Source: Phoronis australis (Eukaryota > Animalia > Phoronida). From it: a DNA stretch of 64,000 nucleotides. A program made the position numbers and the translations under genes. The stretch is from NCBI GenBank assembly GCA_002633005.1, contig NMRA01000102.1, forward strand, positions 370,833 through 434,832, read 5' to 3'. Positions 1 through 12,600 of this stretch are shown here, in pieces. The notes below the pieces were generated by a model. It searched no databases. It was not told the DNA's origin and saw only the letters and a program-made list of their open reading frames with translations. Position 1 is the stretch's first letter, and each line of letters begins with the position of its first letter.

Positions 1-32
1 ACGCCATCAACTTGTATTCTGAACATAATGAA

Positions 33-182
33 ATCACAACTGAACAACAAATACATGGCTATATCCATCAATCACAACTGAACAACAAATACATGGCTAT
101 ATCCATCAATCACAACTGAACAACAAATACATGGCTATATCCATCAATCACAACTGAACAACAAATACATGGCTATATCCAT
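33..182. repeat. 38-bp tandem repeat, about 4 copies
   Basis: ATCACAACTGAACAACAAATACATGGCTATATCCATCA at 33, 71, 109 and 147. Confidence 0.9.
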
Positions 183-373
183 TAATTCACCACAGAGGGC
201 GCCCATCACACCATTACAACTCAGGACACTTCACAGGTCATGTTGCACACCAGTACATCTTCGTTGATAAACGCAATTGCCAGGATGATCGAAGACGTTA
301 ACAGTAGTACGTAAATATACTCAACTGTGAACAAATAAATCCAAGTACCGTGTTCGCCCTAATAAGCGCCCAG

Positions 374-805
374 CGGCCGGCTGCATTAAACAGTCCCAAA
401 TAGGGACCCAACTAAGGTCCTTAAGTCTTTTTGCGTATTTTTGTCTTTATGGACTCACAGGTGCAATATTTTTCTATCATTTCATCTTTAATATGAGCTC
501 CTCTTTGTTTAATGACTTTTTCTAATAATGTAGATAAAAACTGAACTCCGAGTTCATTAAAAATAAATAAGGACTTGGTTTTTAAATTGGGGTGTTGCAT
601 GAGAAGATCCCTAATTATTTTCGACAATATTGGCAATTTAACGTAGAGTTCACTTTCAATTTGTATCAAAGTCAAAAGATAACTTAATAATGAAACTAAA
701 AATTACAAGAAAGGGCAATCGATGTTTTCACAAGTCCAAAAATACGCATTAGATTTAGGGAACTTAGTCGAGTCACTAATTGGGACTGTTTCATGCAACC
801 GGGCA
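374..805. mobile_element. PIF/Harbinger-like MITE nested in the left end of copy 1
   Basis: TIRs GGCCGGCTGCATTAAACAGTCCCAA / TTGGGACTGTTTCATGCAACCGGGC, with CAG duplicated at 371-373 and 806-808. Absent from the other two host copies. Confidence 0.7.
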
Positions 806-1811
806 CAGGGCTCTTTCAAAAATTCGTTTTGGGGGGTCTTATTGTAGCCTAAAGCAGTTGAAACTGGTCTCCAAAACGGGTGAAATCAAAAGCTAGGATT
901 CATCAAATTTACGGTCCGTGATGTATCTGTAACCTATGACAGACTTTCTACAAAATTGTGCTGCATTGCTATCAAACTTTGTCACGATAATTTTTCAAAA
1001 AATTGTGCTGAATTGCCAGAGCGAAAACTCGCCAACTGATGCATTGCTGCCTTGCGATTCTCGATAGGGCAACTTGAATTCTTGAATAAAAATAGTTTGG
1101 ACTCAACAAATCATATAAAATCCTCCTTAAGATTTCCAAATAGTGTCCCTAAGATTTTTGAGTTCATGCACAGTCGGGATTAACTGCAGATTAACTTCAA
1201 ATCTGTGCTACATCGTACCCCGCAACATGAGAAAAATGTCTGGACAAACATGCATGTTGCTGTCACATGACATTTGTTTTGAAGTACGTCCGTGTGGGTG
1301 AGTGAGCAAGCACGTGCGTGTCATCAGAGTTCATTTGCCAGAGCAAACGCAATGCAACGATCTGGGTGCCCATTGTAACTAAAGACATTAACTCAAGGAG
1401 TAAAGCAGAACATGTTTTATTCAACGCTTGATAGACTCATCTGCTAAAAACGTCCGAGAATTGTCTCAGTAACGCTGATATTAAATGTCATTAATTTGCT
1501 GGGTGACTGGATGCATGACAGTCTGACAGATATTTTCCGGGAGATTCAGGGTGTAAGGGTGCGGAAGTGTTCACTATCAGTGGGTCATTTTGACTTTAAA
1601 AAAACCACTTATGATTCATTAAATAATTCCTCTTAAAAATAACGCAAAAGTTCTTCACGGTATTTGAAACTTTCGGAAATTAATGCTAATATTTATTTCT
1701 TACCAATGATATGCTGCCCGTTTCATGAATAGATAGTTTCCAACTAATGTCTTCGATGACAGGTGGATGTATATAGCGTGCTTTTAACACTGGTCAAGTT
1801 TTTTATTAGTA

Positions 1812-2132
1812 TCTTCAATTCGCAGTTTTCACATGCACAAAGAAATTTGGATTCTTGTTGAGGGAGAAGATCTGTACGGGAAAGAAACAATACAATACAA
1901 TCCCTTTGACAAGTATGCTGCGTTTGTTCTGAAAGGCCAGACCATAGTGGGACACGTTCCTCGCAAGATCAGCAGAACTTTTGCGTTCTTTTTGAAGCGC
2001 GGCGGAAGTTTGAAGTATATAGTCACGGCTAAGTACCCACATAGAAGCGAGACTCGTGGTCTTCAAATTCCACCCACAATGATTTTTTCAGGATTGTCGG
2101 ATCTTATTGATAAATTGAAGACGTTATTGTAG
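1812..2132 (+). CDS. Standalone HIRAN-like domain ORF inside the TIR element; may be a relic
   Basis: SSIRSFHMHKEIW...GEDL...[22 protein letters not shown]...FL..GG...GLQIP...FSG follows the HIRAN pattern (N-x-x-D-x-x-A; GHVP). Confidence 0.6.
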   Translation, partial: SSIRSFHMHKEIWILVEGEDLYGKETIQYNPFDKYAAFVLKGQTIVGHVPRKISRTFAFFLKRGGSLKYIVTAKYPHRSETRGLQIPPTMIFSGLSDLIDKLKTLL

Positions 2133-2541
2133 AATTTTTCGCATGTACACGTTCATGGGCTGGGCGCTTATTTTAGCGAAGTCTGAAAATGCGTGGGGGG
2201 TGCTTGTAGGGGCATAGGCGCTTATAAGACGAATACGGTAGATCAAAATTACGTAATTCACTAAATACACATTTGTTTTCAGAATTTCATTTTTGAAGGG
2301 ACGTTATAGTTTTTGCTGCTGAAAAATGCGACTTTTGGATTATTGTTTCATGTAATTAACTTCTTGAAGTTATTCGCTTTGTCAAAACAATCAACAGGTA
2401 AATAAAGTTTAAGAACAACGAACTGTTATGTTTCTGATCATTTGATTTAAGAATGTTGTCAGACATAACCTAACTTGTCAAACAAGAACTTGCAGGTGAC
2501 ATCTGAATAACCTTATCATCTGCACTCAACTTGTTCACTGT

Positions 2542-2765
2542 AACCAAGGTAACATATTGCTATATTGCTGCTATCATTGCAACCAAGGTAATATATTGCC
2601 ATATTGATGAAATCATTGCAACCAAGGCAATATATTGCTATTTGACTGAAATCATTGCAACCAAGGTAATATATTGCTATATTGACGAAAACATTGCAAC
2701 CAAGGTAATATATTGCTATATTGACGAAATCATTGCAACCAAGGTAATATATTGCTATATTGCTA
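2542..2765. repeat. 39-bp tandem repeat, about 6 copies
   Basis: CAACCAAGGTAATATATTGCTATATTGACGAAATCATTG units. Confidence 0.9.
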
Positions 2766-3573
2766 AGCATTAGGTAGTTAATAATTTCATACATATCCAT
2801 TATCTGTTGATATGAAACCATCAGGTTTCACTCGAAATTATCGGATCAAACACTATGTATAACAGTTACAAGAGCAACGCGGAGCGTTGAAATGCACCCA
2901 TGAATGTGCTTCTAGAGTTATGTATTTGTATCGTAAAAATTTCTACTAGATGGCGCAAAACGTCCAATCCATCTGAAAACGGAACATGCCATCACTTCTT
3001 TAATAGAAAGCTATTAACCTAATTTCATAAAAATCTGTCAAGGAACTTCAGAGAAACAAAGAAAAATGAGAAAAATGAAATTGCCACAAGGGAGCAGGTG
3101 TCCACCTGAAAGTTGTTGTCGTCTATTGTTAGCTTCATATAAATATAAATTTTAATAAAGATCCTGCAGTGCGTTAAGGAGATACAACTATGGGCGCAAA
3201 ACAAAACTACCACTGGAAGGCGACACAGTATTCAAAGTCGTCATCGTCAACCGTCCTCATCACACTGAGAACATATACGCCAATTTTCAAAATCATCCTT
3301 AGAATGGTTTGGTTGATAGAGAGGTGAACGCCAAAAACAGACTCGAAAACAGTAAAACTGGCCACTAGGTGGCGCAACATATCTCGAATCCATCCGAAAC
3401 GACAGGATAGCGTCACCTCACCATTAGATGTCTATACTCTAAATTTTATGACGCTCCGTTGAGGACCTTTGAATACACAGAGGTAAGTTTAAAAACCTAA
3501 AATTAACACTAGGGGGCACACTGGTAGTCAGATCCATGCAAAAGTCGTCGTCAACTGTTATCAACACCATATA

Positions 3574-5046
3574 CAGTATTCACCCTAAGCGCCCAGGGCG
3601 CTTAGAAAAATTCGCTTGAGGGGGGCGCTTATTATAGCCCAAAAGTGGCCGAAACCCGGAAAGCGTAAGCTAGAATTCATTAAATTTATGCTCTGTGACT
3701 CATCTGTAACCTATGACAGAGTTTCTACAAAATTGCTATCAAACTTTGTTGTTAAATTAAGAGCATTTTTCAGAAAATCCCAAAGCGAAACCTCGCCGAC
3801 TGATGCATCGCTGCCTCACGATCGCCAATAGGTCAACTTGAATTCTTGAGTAAAACTAAAGTTTCGATTCAACAAATTACCTGAAGTCCTCCTTAAGTTT
3901 TCAAAATAGCATCCCTAAGATTTTAAAGTTCCTGTGGAGTCAGGATTAACAGCATATTAAGCAGGGTTTGGAACGACCAATGACGAAAAACGCGGAAACT
4001 TTTACAGCCGGCCCAACCTTGAAATGGTCGATGTGAACCCAAAAATCGGGAGGACTAAAAAAAAAAAACGTTACCACCATCAGTGCCATGCGTCTGCGTC
4101 CTTTTAGCTCGTCGGTCCGCTCCAAATCCACACATTTTTGGCTGCAGAGCCGTAGTATTTGTCGCCGCGGTTTACAATAACACGAGACGCCATTGAAAAT
4201 CCCAGCACGCTATCCCAGGTGCCCCAGCAATGTTGACGATTTACGTTCCTCCGAAACATAAAGAGCAACTTCCGCTTTTCGAGGTGAACGTCGTCTGCAA
4301 CGCCGCGGTAAGATAGGAATTTGCCACGGAAATTTTATATCAAATCCGATTTTTTTTAAGTGGAAATATAATAAAATGCGCGGACAGAACATTTGAAAAA
4401 AGCGGAAATCCGTGTTTCTGCGAAAAATTCCAAGCCCTGCTAGATGCGTGACAATCTAACAGTTATTTTTCGGGAGATTCAAGGTGGTGTAAGGGTACGA
4501 AAGTGTTCACTATAGTGGGTCATTCTGACTTTAAAAACACCAATTACGAGTAATTTGATAATTCCCCCCTAAAAATAACGTATGCATTTTTTATGGTATT
4601 AGAAATTTTCGGAAATAAGTGCCAGTATTTATTTCTTGCCGATGCTATGCTACCCATTTCATGAATAGATGTTTCCCGAAGACTAATCTTTGAAAACAGG
4701 TACTTGAATGTAGCGCGCGCTTCCTGGCTACGTGCTTTTATCTGAACAAAGGTCAAGTTTTTATTAGTCTTCAATTTGCGCAAGCGTTCTTTTTCAAGCA
4801 CGGTGGAAGTCTGAAGTGTATAGTCATGGCTAAATACCCACATAGCGGCCAGGCTCGTGGTCTACAAATTATGTGCACAATGATTCTTTCAGGACTGTTG
4901 GATCTTATTGATAAATTGAAGACGTCACAGTAGAATTTAAAACCGTAGGTAAGGCATTTTTTCGCATGTACACGGCGTTCATGGACTGGGCGCTTATTTT
5001 AGCAAAGTCTGAAAAAGCGTGGGGGCACTTATAGGGGCGAATACGG
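3574..5046 (+). mobile_element. HIRAN-family TIR element, copy 2 (ORF partly deleted), inserted into the Helentron-like element
   Basis: TA|CAGTATTCACCCTAAGCGCC ... GGGCGAATACGG|TA; homologous to copy 1; 4784-4930 keeps only the 3' part of the HIRAN ORF. Confidence 0.8.
3962..4439. mobile_element. hAT-like MITE nested in copy 2
   Basis: TIRs CAGGGTTTGGAA / TTCCAAGCCCTG; it replaces a segment that is present in copies 1 and 3; no clean TSD. Confidence 0.55.
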
Positions 5047-6639
5047 TAAATAAACTTACTAAATTTAGTAAAGATCCTGAAAGAGGTTTAAGAGATACAG
5101 CCATGGGTGCAAAAAAAAAAACCTGCCACTAGGAGGTGCCACAGTAGTCGAGTCGTCGGAAAACTATCGTCAACCATGCTCATTATAGTAAGAACATATA
5201 TGCCAATTTTCACAATTATCCTTAGAATGGTATGGTTGATAGAGGGGTGGACGCCAAAAAAACACTCGAAAACAGAAAAATGGCCACGAGGTTACACAGA
5301 ATACCTTGAATCCATCCAGAAACAGGAAAATAGCGTCATCACACCAATAGATGCCTATATTTAAAATTTTATGAAAATCTGTTGAGGACCTTTGAAGATA
5401 ACAAGTTAAACGTAAAAAAATTAAAATTGCCACTAGGGTCCACAGCAGCAGTCAGATCTGTCCGAAAGTCGTCGTCATCCGTAGTCAACATCAAATAAAT
5501 ACACTTGCTAAATTAAGTAAAGATCCTGCAATGGTTTAGGAGAAACAGCCATAGGCGCAACAAAAACAAAACTACCACTAGGAGGCCCCACAGTAGTTGA
5601 AATCGTCGGAAAATCATCGTCAACCTTTCTCTTTATAGTAAGCACATATATGCCAATTTTCACAATCATCCTTTAAGCGGTTTGGTTGATACAGGGGTGA
5701 ATGCAAAAAACAGACTCGAAAACAGTAAAAAATGGCCACTAGGTGGCACAAACTACGTCGAATCCATCCGAAAACGGGAGGATAGCGTCACTCCATTAAT
5801 AGGTGCCTACATATTAAATTTCATGAAAATACGTTTAGGACTTTTGAAGATACAAAGGTAAGCGTAAATAAAAACTAAAATTGCCACTAGGGGGCACACC
5901 AGTAGTCGGATCCGTCCAAAAGTTCGCTCATGCCGTCCCATTCATGAATGGAACATATGTGCCAAATTTCATGAACTTAAGTCCAAGGCTTTCGGAGATA
6001 GAGCAGCGGACACCGCACGTTGCCCGGACGGATGGAGATGACGGCATAATGCGTCCACATATAAATATGTGGGCGCATAAAAATCCAGCAAATGGTTTAG
6101 GAAATATGGCCATGGGCGCAAAAAAACAAAACTGCCACTAGGAGGCGCCACAGTAGTCACAGTTGTCGGAAAATCATTGTCAGCCGCCCTCTTCACAGTA
6201 AGAACATATATGCCAATTTTCAAAATCATATCCAGAGCGGTTTGATTGATAGAAGGGCAGACGCCAAAAAACAGACTCGAAAACAGTAAAAATGGCCACT
6301 AGGTGGCGTAAAGTACCTTGAAAAGGGAGGATGGCATCATCTCACTAATAGAAATATAACTGCCACATTTTATGAAAATCCATTGAGGACCTCTAAAGAT
6401 ACAGAAGTAAGCGTAAAAAACTAAAATTGCAACTATGGGACACACCAGTAGTCGGAGAGTTCTGAAATTCGTCATCATCTGTTGTGGGCTTGATAGCAAC
6501 ACATCTACCAAATCTCATCAAGATCCTGAGGGGTTTAGGAGATACAGCTGCGGACGCCGGACAGCGATGATATCAATATGCGACCACATATAAATATGTG
6601 GGTGCATAAAAATGAATAACCATTGTATGCATGACCTAC

Positions 6640-9600
6640 TTGTTCTCATCACCAGCGCCCTCTTTCTTGAGTTTCTCCTCCATTTCCTTCTTCCTCTGCG
6701 CTCGTTTTTCTTCTTCTCGCGCTTTCTCTTTCGCTCGCTCTTCAAGTCGCTTCTTGTATCTGTAGCCAAGCCAAAGTAATAAAATAATTTAAAATTTGTG
6801 AATAATTATCAGGAGCATGCTGTTAAGGTGTATAACACTAATAAGATGCTTCAAATGTCATAGATCACATGGTGTGTACAGAAACTCTTATGTGTGTCTA
6901 CAAATGTATGTTAATGAGGAGAGTCTCATCAGCACTACTTTCCACGAAAAAATTTGATACATTCCCGCCACACTCACTGCTCAAGATCAAGCACAGGCAG
7001 ATAAGACCACTATAACAACATGGCTAGCTGTAAGCACACTTTCATAGTCTGAGTAGCCAAGGGGAGGGGGGTGGCGGCACTTGAATTCAAAATTTCTGGG
7101 GGTTGTCCTCCGAGAAAATTTTAATAAGTGGTGGTCCTTCTTGAAAGAAGTAAAATATTATAAGTGGTTGGTATCTTTTGTCCACTAAATGTTGACAGAA
7201 GGCTATTTTCAGTCAAACACCAACTTAAATACACTCTTGCTTGGCAGATACTCAAAAATATCCAAAAACAACAAAACAAGCCCATGTTGCTAGTGTACAA
7301 TGTGCAATACATACACTATGTCATTACTCAAGCATGCATGTCAGAATGTTTAGTTGTCCTCAACTAATCCCAACGTATCTCAACTTATCCTGTCATCATC
7401 ACCGATGCAAGCCTGTTGCTGACGTTAATGTCACAGTTTATTTACTACGATATATTGACTACTGGTGAATAGCAAGACTAATTACCTTGCAGCTGCTTCC
7501 TCACGCTCCCTCTGGTTCTCTGCCCACTGGATGTGTCTCAACTCCATCTTAGCCTGTTTCAACTTCTCGTAAACGTCATCGATGAGGTCACGACTGGCAG
7601 CATAGGTCAAGATCTGATGGCTCAGGGCTGTTAGGATCTTCAGCTTATCAGCTGAAAATAATCAAACATCAACTAACGATAGTATGGTGGTTTACCGCTG
7701 TCATAAGTCTTAACACAAAGGATTACATCAGTAAGTTAGTTAGGTTAAAAAATCTTGATTTAGATCACTGACCACAAAAATGACCACTGATGATCCCAAC
7801 TTGTTCCTTGCTTGTATCAGAACCATTTTCTGGGTTGAGAAGGAAGATATTTTGTTACTTCTTATAACATATCTCAGTTATTTGGATGAAAGCAATCAAT
7901 ACTTATTTTATAGCAGTTAATCATAAGTTATTTTTTTGACAGAAAACTGTGACTTAAGAAATTTAACCAGCACGCTGTTTTGAATTCTAAATCTCAAAAA
8001 TTGTGTTCGAATAAAACACAATCGAAAGTCAATAATTAAAAACATTTTATTTCTACAACGAATATAATTACTGAGATAATATAACTATTACCTGGTGTCA
8101 TGTCAAAGATGCTGGTAGTACAAATACCTGGTGCTATGTCAAAGAAGCTAGTAGTATAAATACCTGGTGTCATGTCAAAGATGCTGATAGTACAAATACC
8201 TGGTCTCATGTCAAAGATGCTGGTAGTACAAATACCTGGTGTCAAGTCAAAGATGCTGGTAGTACAAATACTTGGTGTCGTGTCAACGATGCTGGTAGTA
8301 CAAATACCTGGTGTCNNNNNNNNNNNNNNNNNNNNNNNNNNNNNNNNNNNNNNNNNNNNNNNNNNNNNNNNNNNNNNNNNNNNNNNNNNNNNNNNNNNNN
8401 NNNNNNNNNNNNNNNNNNNNNNNNNNNNNNNNNNNNNNNNNNNNNNNNNNNNNNNNNNNNNNNNNNNNNNNNNNNNNNNNNNNNNNNNNNNNNNNNNNNN
8501 NNNNNNNNNNNNNNNNNNNNNNNNNNNNNNNNNNNNNNNNNNNNNNNNNNNNNNNNNNNNNNNNNNNNNNNNNNNNNNNNNNNNNNNNNNNNNNNNNNNN
8601 NNNNNNNNNNNNNNNNNNNNNNNNNNNNNNNNNNNNNNNNNNNNNNNNNNNNNNNNNNNNNNNNNNNNNNNNNNNNNNNNNNNNNNNNNNNNNNNNNNNN
8701 NNNNNNNNNNNNNNNNNNNNNNNNNNNNNNNNNNNNNNNNNNNNNNNNNNNNNNNNNNNNNNNNNNNNNNNNNNNNNNNNNNNNNNNNNNNNNNNNNNNN
8801 NNNNNNNNNNNNNNNNNNNNNNNNNNNNNNNNNNNNNNNNNNNNNNNNNNNNNNNNNNNNNNNNNNNNNNNNNNNNNNNNNNNNNNNNNNNNNNNNNNNN
8901 NNNNNNNNNNNNNNNNNNNNNNNNNNNNNNNNNNNNNNNNNNNNNNNNNNNNNNNNNNNNNNNNNNNNNNNNNNNNNNNNNNNNNNNNNNNNNNNNNNNN
9001 NNNNNNNNNNNNNNNNNNNNNNNNNNNNNNNNNNNNNNNCTGGTGTCATGTCAAAGATGCTGGTAGTACAAATACCTGGTGTCATGTCAAAGATGCTGGT
9101 AGTACAAATACCTGGTGCCATGTCAAAGATGCTGGTAGTATAAATACCTGGTGTCATGTCAAAGATGCTGGTAGTACAAAACGCCTTCAACAGTTCTGGT
9201 TCACTGATCTTCAATTCCAAACCAGCGTCATCCAGAGAGGAGTAACCACCTCTCTGTTGATAGCGGAACTTGATGCTGCGCGCATTCCCTCGTGCACCAG
9301 ATGACAGGAAGTGCAGTCTTAAGATCTCCGTCAAGGTCATGGAGTCAAAAGTCAACTTCTTCAAAGGCATTCCTGTATTGACAGGGTGGAAATCAATTCT
9401 AGTTCTAAATTAATAGCGACAAAGTAAATTAATATGTTTGGTGTTTATAAGACAAAACTTGCCAAACGAAGAAAAACTGATGTCTACAAGTAGATGCCAC
9501 AACACAGAGACACCAATTTCTGAACTTTGACAAGAATCATACTAGATTGCAATAAGCTAGTATCTGGCAAGCTTGGCAAGATCATGGCAGGATATCAGGC

Positions 9601-12600
9601 CATGCATAACAAGCAAGCTGTGATGTCAATACTTGCTCTACTTCACAACAACTAACCATCCTTTGATGATATGTTGTAATGCAATTAATTTCAGAAGAAA
9701 CTGTCGCTAACAGTTGTAATCGATCATTCACATCAAATTGAGAAACAACACAAAAGGCCCCGACGGATTTGATATCCAATTATTTCTGGCCTAATTGCCA
9801 TGTCATCCAAAATTACAGGTAATTAACAAACCTTGGTGTAACTGGGGCCACTGAGAAGCCAGTGTAGCATCCTGTATTAACTGGCTGACTGTTTTGTTGG
9901 ACGACGAATCATCCACTAGAAAGAAAAAAAAACATCATAGACAATCTAAGAAACTGACGGAGCACAGACAAGCGAGGCTGATTAATTACACTTTTAAAGT
10001 ACAATACCCTTCTGGCATTCAGACCAGACTAGAACCTGGAATATATCTGAAGTATGTGTAACTGTTTGTCTGCAATACCTTTAAATGTCATGACAATGAG
10101 ACAGTATTGTATAATTTTTCACATTTACACGTGAACAATGGATTGCCTTGCAAGATAATATAGTACAGTGGTATGGAACAGACTCTCACTTCAGAGGCAA
10201 GAGTCCAAATCCTGTGCTATGAAACTATCAGGAAACATTAATTTTAACCACTTCTTGTGCTTGGTTTCAGCTCAAGTTGATATAATTGAATGTGTGTGGT
10301 GTGAATGCGCTGAAGTTACTGAATGTAATCACCTCTTTGTAACCTATGCACAACAGCTGACTATGTGCCTACCTGCCACAGTCGTCACCTCTTTGTAACC
10401 TATGCACAACAGCTGACTATGTGCCTACCTGCCAGTCGTCACCTCTTTGTAACCTATGCACAACAGCTGACTATGTGCCTACCTGCCACAGTCGTCTCCT
10501 CTTCCCCCAGATTTAACTCCCCTTCTTCAGCCTCTTCCTCATCCTGCAAGCTGATAATAGTGGACAGTAGTGCTTCACACAAATCTGTCAGCGGGCCATT
10601 TGTGTCTGGGTCAACTAAAGCTTGTTCCAAGGTTTCTACAAGACATAAACATAAAATTAGTCTCCAAAGTACCTTCAGGATAACATTCATTTCGACACAG
10701 TTTGTTCCATTTACATCACATAACAAGGACGCCATTCAACATTCCAATCTGGCCACAATACTGCTAATATTCAAATATTAACAGTTTCTTGTAGAGGTCT
10801 TTCAACTAATTTTTGTTGTTAAAAATCTTAGTTAAGTAGGTCCAGAGAAAATTTAAGCCAGTGATTGCTTATGACTGTGATCCTTGAAGGTGTTCAAGTA
10901 AAAAACAACAACACCCATTCTGTCTGAAGACCGTGAATTTCAAAACTAGCACCCTGGTTACTTGCTGGGAAACTCTCGGTATCAAGTTATTTATTTTCAA
11001 CAGTCTGAACATAATGAGTAGAACTGGAAATGGGAAGTCACATTTATAAATTATGTCCATCATAAAAGGGATCATTAAAGAAAAACGTGGATATGAGTGT
11101 ATTGACCCACATGACCTCAAGTTTATCTCTAAATTTGGAGGACATATGGGCCATGTTCACCTTTTTTGTCCTATTTCTCTTCCAGTTTTAATGGGCCCCT
11201 TGGCCCCAGTTAAAGCAATAACAGCGTGTCAATTAAATTATTTTTGCGCTAATGATGCGGGCACTCTCCTAAGATTATCCCTGCATAAAGCCTTTAGCTA
11301 AAATAAACAAACTTCTCACTATAGTCAAATCCATCAGGGAAGTGGTCCTCCATATCCAGTACAGCATCAAAGTGCTTAGTAAACTCTAACAACATGATAG
11401 CATCACCAAACAGTTCTGAAGGCAAGCATGTTCTCACTGGTGTAGACTTTGGAAGGGGCTGCAAAATAGGATTTGGTTACTATAGAACATACGAAACAAA
11501 CAGTTGTAATGCTCAAAAGTCAATAAAGTATTATTATTACCACAGGGCTCGATTTGATGACCTGCAGCTTGCCAATGCGACTGCAGATTGTGTTTAGAGA
11601 CCTAGGAAAAATCCCAAGTCCCCATGAACTCACCAAAACGAGTATTAAAGTTAGACAATAATTCACTCGAAATTCGTTTCAAAATTTGTGACTTCAAACT
11701 TTAAATTAATACCATTTTTGCTAGATTCAATACCTTTGGTTCACAATTGCAATAAAATCTTAGAGTCACTCAATGACACACTGATCTGAGGACAGTGGCT
11801 CAGTTTGAACAGCCATGAAACAATAGTTTGTCGACAACAATGCTTGAAATGATATTCCATGCACTCCACAAACTTTATACTTCATTTAGTGTAAACCCGA
11901 GATTACAAAACAATCCTATTTACAAAGCTCATAATGCAATTCACAAATTTGCTCTCAGTAACCTGCCATCTTTAAATACGACCAGGTCATAAAAGCAAAC
12001 CATCAAATAATCTTGACAAACTGAACAACATGTTAAATATTGTATGAATAGTTTGATAAAGACTATAAAGAAATTTGCGGTCAATCAAGGAAAAGTGCCT
12101 TTAACAATTGCAGTTACCATCTGAACATGTACTGCAGATTTTCCTTCTGAGTATAATTCCAACAAATCAAGATTCCAAGACCAAACAAGTCCAATGCAAA
12201 CTTACATTTGTAACAACCAATTAGTTCTGGACACATTTTAGACTTGTGACAAGTAATAATGTTAGGGGTGTGAACAGTTTATAACAGTTGTTAAGGTGCA
12301 ATGTCAGTAACAACACAAGTCATCCCAGTACTTAACACTTTGAATGCCTACCCTGAGGTCATCACATTCAAGGTCATCTCGCTGCTTGCTCCACTCCTTC
12401 AGCATATTTTCTCGTTGTCTTTTCTCCTCCATGCGTTTCTTCCTTTCCTAAAATGCAACAAACAAATACAAAATAATATCAATACAATTGTTACTCTTGG
12501 TAAATTGCGAGTGGGTAACCTCAGAGATTCTGTACCTGTGGAAATTAGATACATGCAGTCTAGACAGCGACATGCTGATATTGAACTTGACAAAGTCGTA

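Larger units (their letters stand above)
348..2238 (+). mobile_element. Non-autonomous TIR DNA transposon (Tc1/mariner-pogo-like ends) carrying a HIRAN-like ORF, copy 1
   Basis: TA|CCGTGTTCGCCCTAATAAGCGCC ... GGCGCTTATAAGACGAATACGG|TA; internal sequence shared with 3574-5046 and 33957-35387. Confidence 0.8.
2868..6610. mobile_element. Non-autonomous Helitron/Helentron-like element with ~150-bp internal tandem repeats
   Basis: One end is ACAAGAG plus hairpin CAACGC-GGA-GCGTTG. The other end is hairpin ATGCGACCACATATAAATATGTGGGTGCAT followed by AAAA. The same termini occur at 56519-57816. Confidence 0.7.

Noticed and set aside
2516-2821. Repetitive ORFs (IAIYYLGCNDF)n and a possible CRISPR-like array
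   Set aside because: Head-to-tail 39-bp repeat with no unique spacers, no cas genes and a eukaryotic context.
8036-9370. 444-aa, 323-aa and 251-aa ORFs in the ORF track
   Set aside because: Their length comes from the N gap and the 36-bp repeat; only 9148-9372 is a supported exon.
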